From Candidatus Latescibacterota bacterium (GTDB lineage Bacteria > Latescibacterota > UBA2968 > UBA8231): a stretch of 64,000 bases of DNA. A program made the position numbers and the translations under genes. Positions 61,713 to 64,000 of the stretch are shown here, piece by piece. Under the pieces are notes generated by a model, which was not told the origin of the DNA, ran no database searches, and was given only the letters and a program-made list of their open reading frames with translations. Location: positions 2,272,001 through 2,336,000 of the forward strand of contig OZ242005.1 in NCBI GenBank assembly GCA_965204725.1, read 5' to 3'. Positions within the stretch are counted from its first letter, which is position 1; each line of letters begins with the position of its first letter.

Positions 61713-63998
61713 CTACTCGCCTAAAACACCCGTTTCCGCAGTCGCAACTTCGGCCAACTCGGCTTTGCCATTACCTTCGGGCTCCAAGCTCTCATAGGTG
61801 ATATCTTGGTACGATGTAGTGCCCGTGCCGGCTGGGATCAAGCGGCCGATTATGACGTTTTCTTTGAGGCCCCGCAGATGGTCTATCTTGCCTTGTACGG
61901 CCGCCTCGGTCAACACGCGCGTCGTCTCTTGGAAAGAGGCGGCGGAGATAAAGCTATCCGTGCGCAGGGAGGCCCGAGTAATGCCCAGCAGGATCGGCTG
62001 GCAGGTGGCCGGGTCTCCTCCCTCGTAGAGGACTTTGTCATTCTCCCTGTTGAAGCGGATCTTATCCACTTCCTCCCCTTCGAGAAAATTCGTATCACCC
62101 GGGTCAATGATGCGCACCTTCTGCAACATCTGCTTGACGATCACTTCGATGTGTTTGTCGTTGATCTCCACGGCCTGTAAGCGATAGACATCCTGAATCT
62201 CGTTGACCAAATACTCCTGTACCTTATTCACACCCTGAACCCGCAAAATATCGTGCGGGTTGACCGAACCCTCGGAGAGACGCTCGCCAGCTTCGACTCG
62301 ATCTCCTTCGTGGACGCGAAGGTGCTTACCGTAGGGCACCGAGTATTTCTTTTTCTCGCCATCCAGCGGGGTAACGAACAATTCGCGGTTGCCGCGGACT
62401 AGGCCGCCGAAGCTCACAGTGCCGTCAATTTCCGATATTACCGCCGGTTCCTTGGGCCGGCGTGCCTCAAAGAGTTCAGCAACGCGCGGCAAACCACCAG
62501 TGATGTCGCGCGTCTTGGAACGCTCGCGCGGGATCTTGACCAACACCTGCCCCGGCTCAACTTGCTCTCCATCTTCGACTAAAAGACGGGCACCGACCGG
62601 AATGATATAGGAACGGGCCCCGGTTCGCTGCCCGTCTTCCTCGATTTCGATCTCGATCTGCGGGCTTAGCGAGCGGTCGCGCTGTTCGACGATGCCGCGG
62701 ACGCTCATGCCCGTGCTTTCGTCAAATTCCTCGCGCATAGTTACTCCGGCAATAATATCGTTGAACTTGATCCGGCCCGGGCGGTCGGTGAGGATCACAT
62801 TGTTGTATGGATCCCATTCGTACAGCACCTGCCCCATTTCGACTTGCTCGCCATCTTCAACCTTGAGCACCGCGCCATAAGGGACGTTGATAGACGAGCG
62901 CACTCGATTCTGTTCGTCGAGCAACCCGATTTCGCCATTGCGGCCGACGACCGTGACGCCGGCTGTCGGGTTTTGTACTGGATCAACATCGGAAAATTGG
63001 ACGCGGCCGGCCCGGCGAGCGGTGATCTGCGACTGCTCGGCAATGCGACTCGCCGTACCGCCGATGTGAAAAGTACGCAGCGTTAGCTGCGTACCCGGCT
63101 CACCAATACTCTGCGCGGCCACGACCCCAACGGCCTCGCCCACATTGACCACGCGGCCCGTAGCCATGTTGCGCCCGTAGCACTTGATGCACACGCCGCG
63201 CTCGGACTCGCAGGTGAGCACCGAGCGGATGAGAACTTCTTCAATGCCCGCTTGGGCAATGCGATTGGCGTCTTCCTCTTCCAACAGGGCACCCGCTCGG
63301 GCTACCACATTGTCGTCGGCGTCGAGAGCGTCCTCTTGCAACACGCGGCCGACGATGCGGTCGGCCAGCGGCTCGATGACCTCCTCGCCGTCCTTGAGAG
63401 CACCGGTATTCAGCCCTTGGCTAGTCATGCAGTCCTCTTCGCTAATCACCACGTCTTGGGCCACATCGACCATCCGACGAGTCAGATAGCCGGCTTCGGC
63501 CGTCTTCAGAGCCGTATCGGCCAACCCCTTGCGCGCTCCGTGGGTCGAGATGAAATACTCGAGCACCGACAGCCCCTCTTTGAAAGAGGCGATAATCGGC
63601 GTTTCGATAATTTCACCGACAGCCCCGGTCAGCTTTTTCTGCGGCTTGTTCATCAGGCCGCGCATGCCACCGAGCTGTTTGATCTGATCCTCGCTGCCAC
63701 GCGCCCCGGAATCCTTCATAACGTAAACCGAGTTAAAGCCCTCTTCGGCGTCCTCGAGCGTTTTCTGCACGGCGCGCGAGACCTCAGATGTGGCATGGGT
63801 CCAGATGTCGATGATTTTGTTATAGCGCTCGCCATCGGTGATGATGCCGTTGGCATACTGATCGCGGACTTTCTCCACTTCCTTGAGCGCTCCATCAATG
63901 AGCTTCGTTTTCGTAGGGGGCACGACTACGTCGTCAACGGCGATGGACACGCCGGCCAGCGTCGCGTAGTGGTAGCCCATATTTTTGAGCTGATCGAC
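61713..63998 (-). CDS. rpoC: RNA polymerase subunit beta' (5'-truncated by the window edge)
   Basis: [80 protein letters not shown]. Confidence 0.98.
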   Translation of the reverse strand, partial: VDQLKNMGYHYATLAGVSIAVDDVVVPPTKTKLIDGALKEVEKVRDQYANGIITDGERYNKIIDIWTHATSEVSRAVQKTLEDAEEGFNSVYVMKDSGARGSEDQIKQLGGMRGLMNKPQKKLTGAVGEIIETPIIASFKEGLSVLEYFISTHGARKGLADTALKTAEAGYLTRRMVDVAQDVVISEEDCMTSQGLNTGALKDGEEVIEPLADRIVGRVLQEDALDADDNVVARAGALLEEEDANRIAQAGIEEVLIRSVLTCESERGVCIKCYGRNMATGRVVNVGEAVGVVAAQSIGEPGTQLTLRTFHIGGTASRIAEQSQITARRAGRVQFSDVDPVQNPTAGVTVVGRNGEIGLLDEQNRVRSSINVPYGAVLKVEDGEQVEMGQVLYEWDPYNNVILTDRPGRIKFNDIIAGVTMREEFDESTGMSVRGIVEQRDRSLSPQIEIEIEEDGQRTGARSYIIPVGARLLVEDGEQVEPGQVLVKIPRERSKTRDITGGLPRVAELFEARRPKEPAVISEIDGTVSFGGLVRGNRELFVTPLDGEKKKYSVPYGKHLRVHEGDRVEAGERLSEGSVNPHDILRVQGVNKVQEYLVNEIQDVYRLQAVEINDKHIEVIVKQMLQKVRIIDPGDTNFLEGEEVDKIRFNRENDKVLYEGGDPATCQPILLGITRASLRTDSFISAASFQETTRVLTEAAVQGKIDHLRGLKENVIIGRLIPAGTGTTSYQDITYESLEPEGNGKAELAEVATAETGVLGE

Positions 63999-64000
63999 GA

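Overview
High-GC bacterial chromosome segment. Plant-type LRR proteins, FlgD-like C-terminal domains and 'TSWGQLK' tails suggest an FCB-associated lineage such as Latescibacterota, possibly host-associated; this is inference only. Bases 1-23.5 kb are an accessory and housekeeping mosaic: an SPL-family radical SAM gene plus SDR, an RND efflux pair, a fused double DNA methyltransferase facing an internally deleted endonuclease remnant, an IMPase/CysQ, a PolX with a degenerate polymerase site, two divergent paralogous secreted proteins sharing an identical 17-aa C-terminal tail, udk, an LRR surface protein carrying a third copy of the same domain, a degenerate CuA lipoprotein, and an AAA ATPase/DUF3226 pair. 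Bases 23.7-38.5 kb are a 12-gene minus-strand moxR-DUF58-gldA/F/G-DUF4340-batABCDE operon, with one REP-carrying MITE at its end and one inside it. Bases 44.5-64 kb are the rpoC-str-S10-spc-alpha ribosomal cluster, in which rplC (L3) is absent from its usual position, adk/map/infA are absent, and fusA has a 1-nt frameshift. No rRNA, tRNA or CRISPR array was seen.
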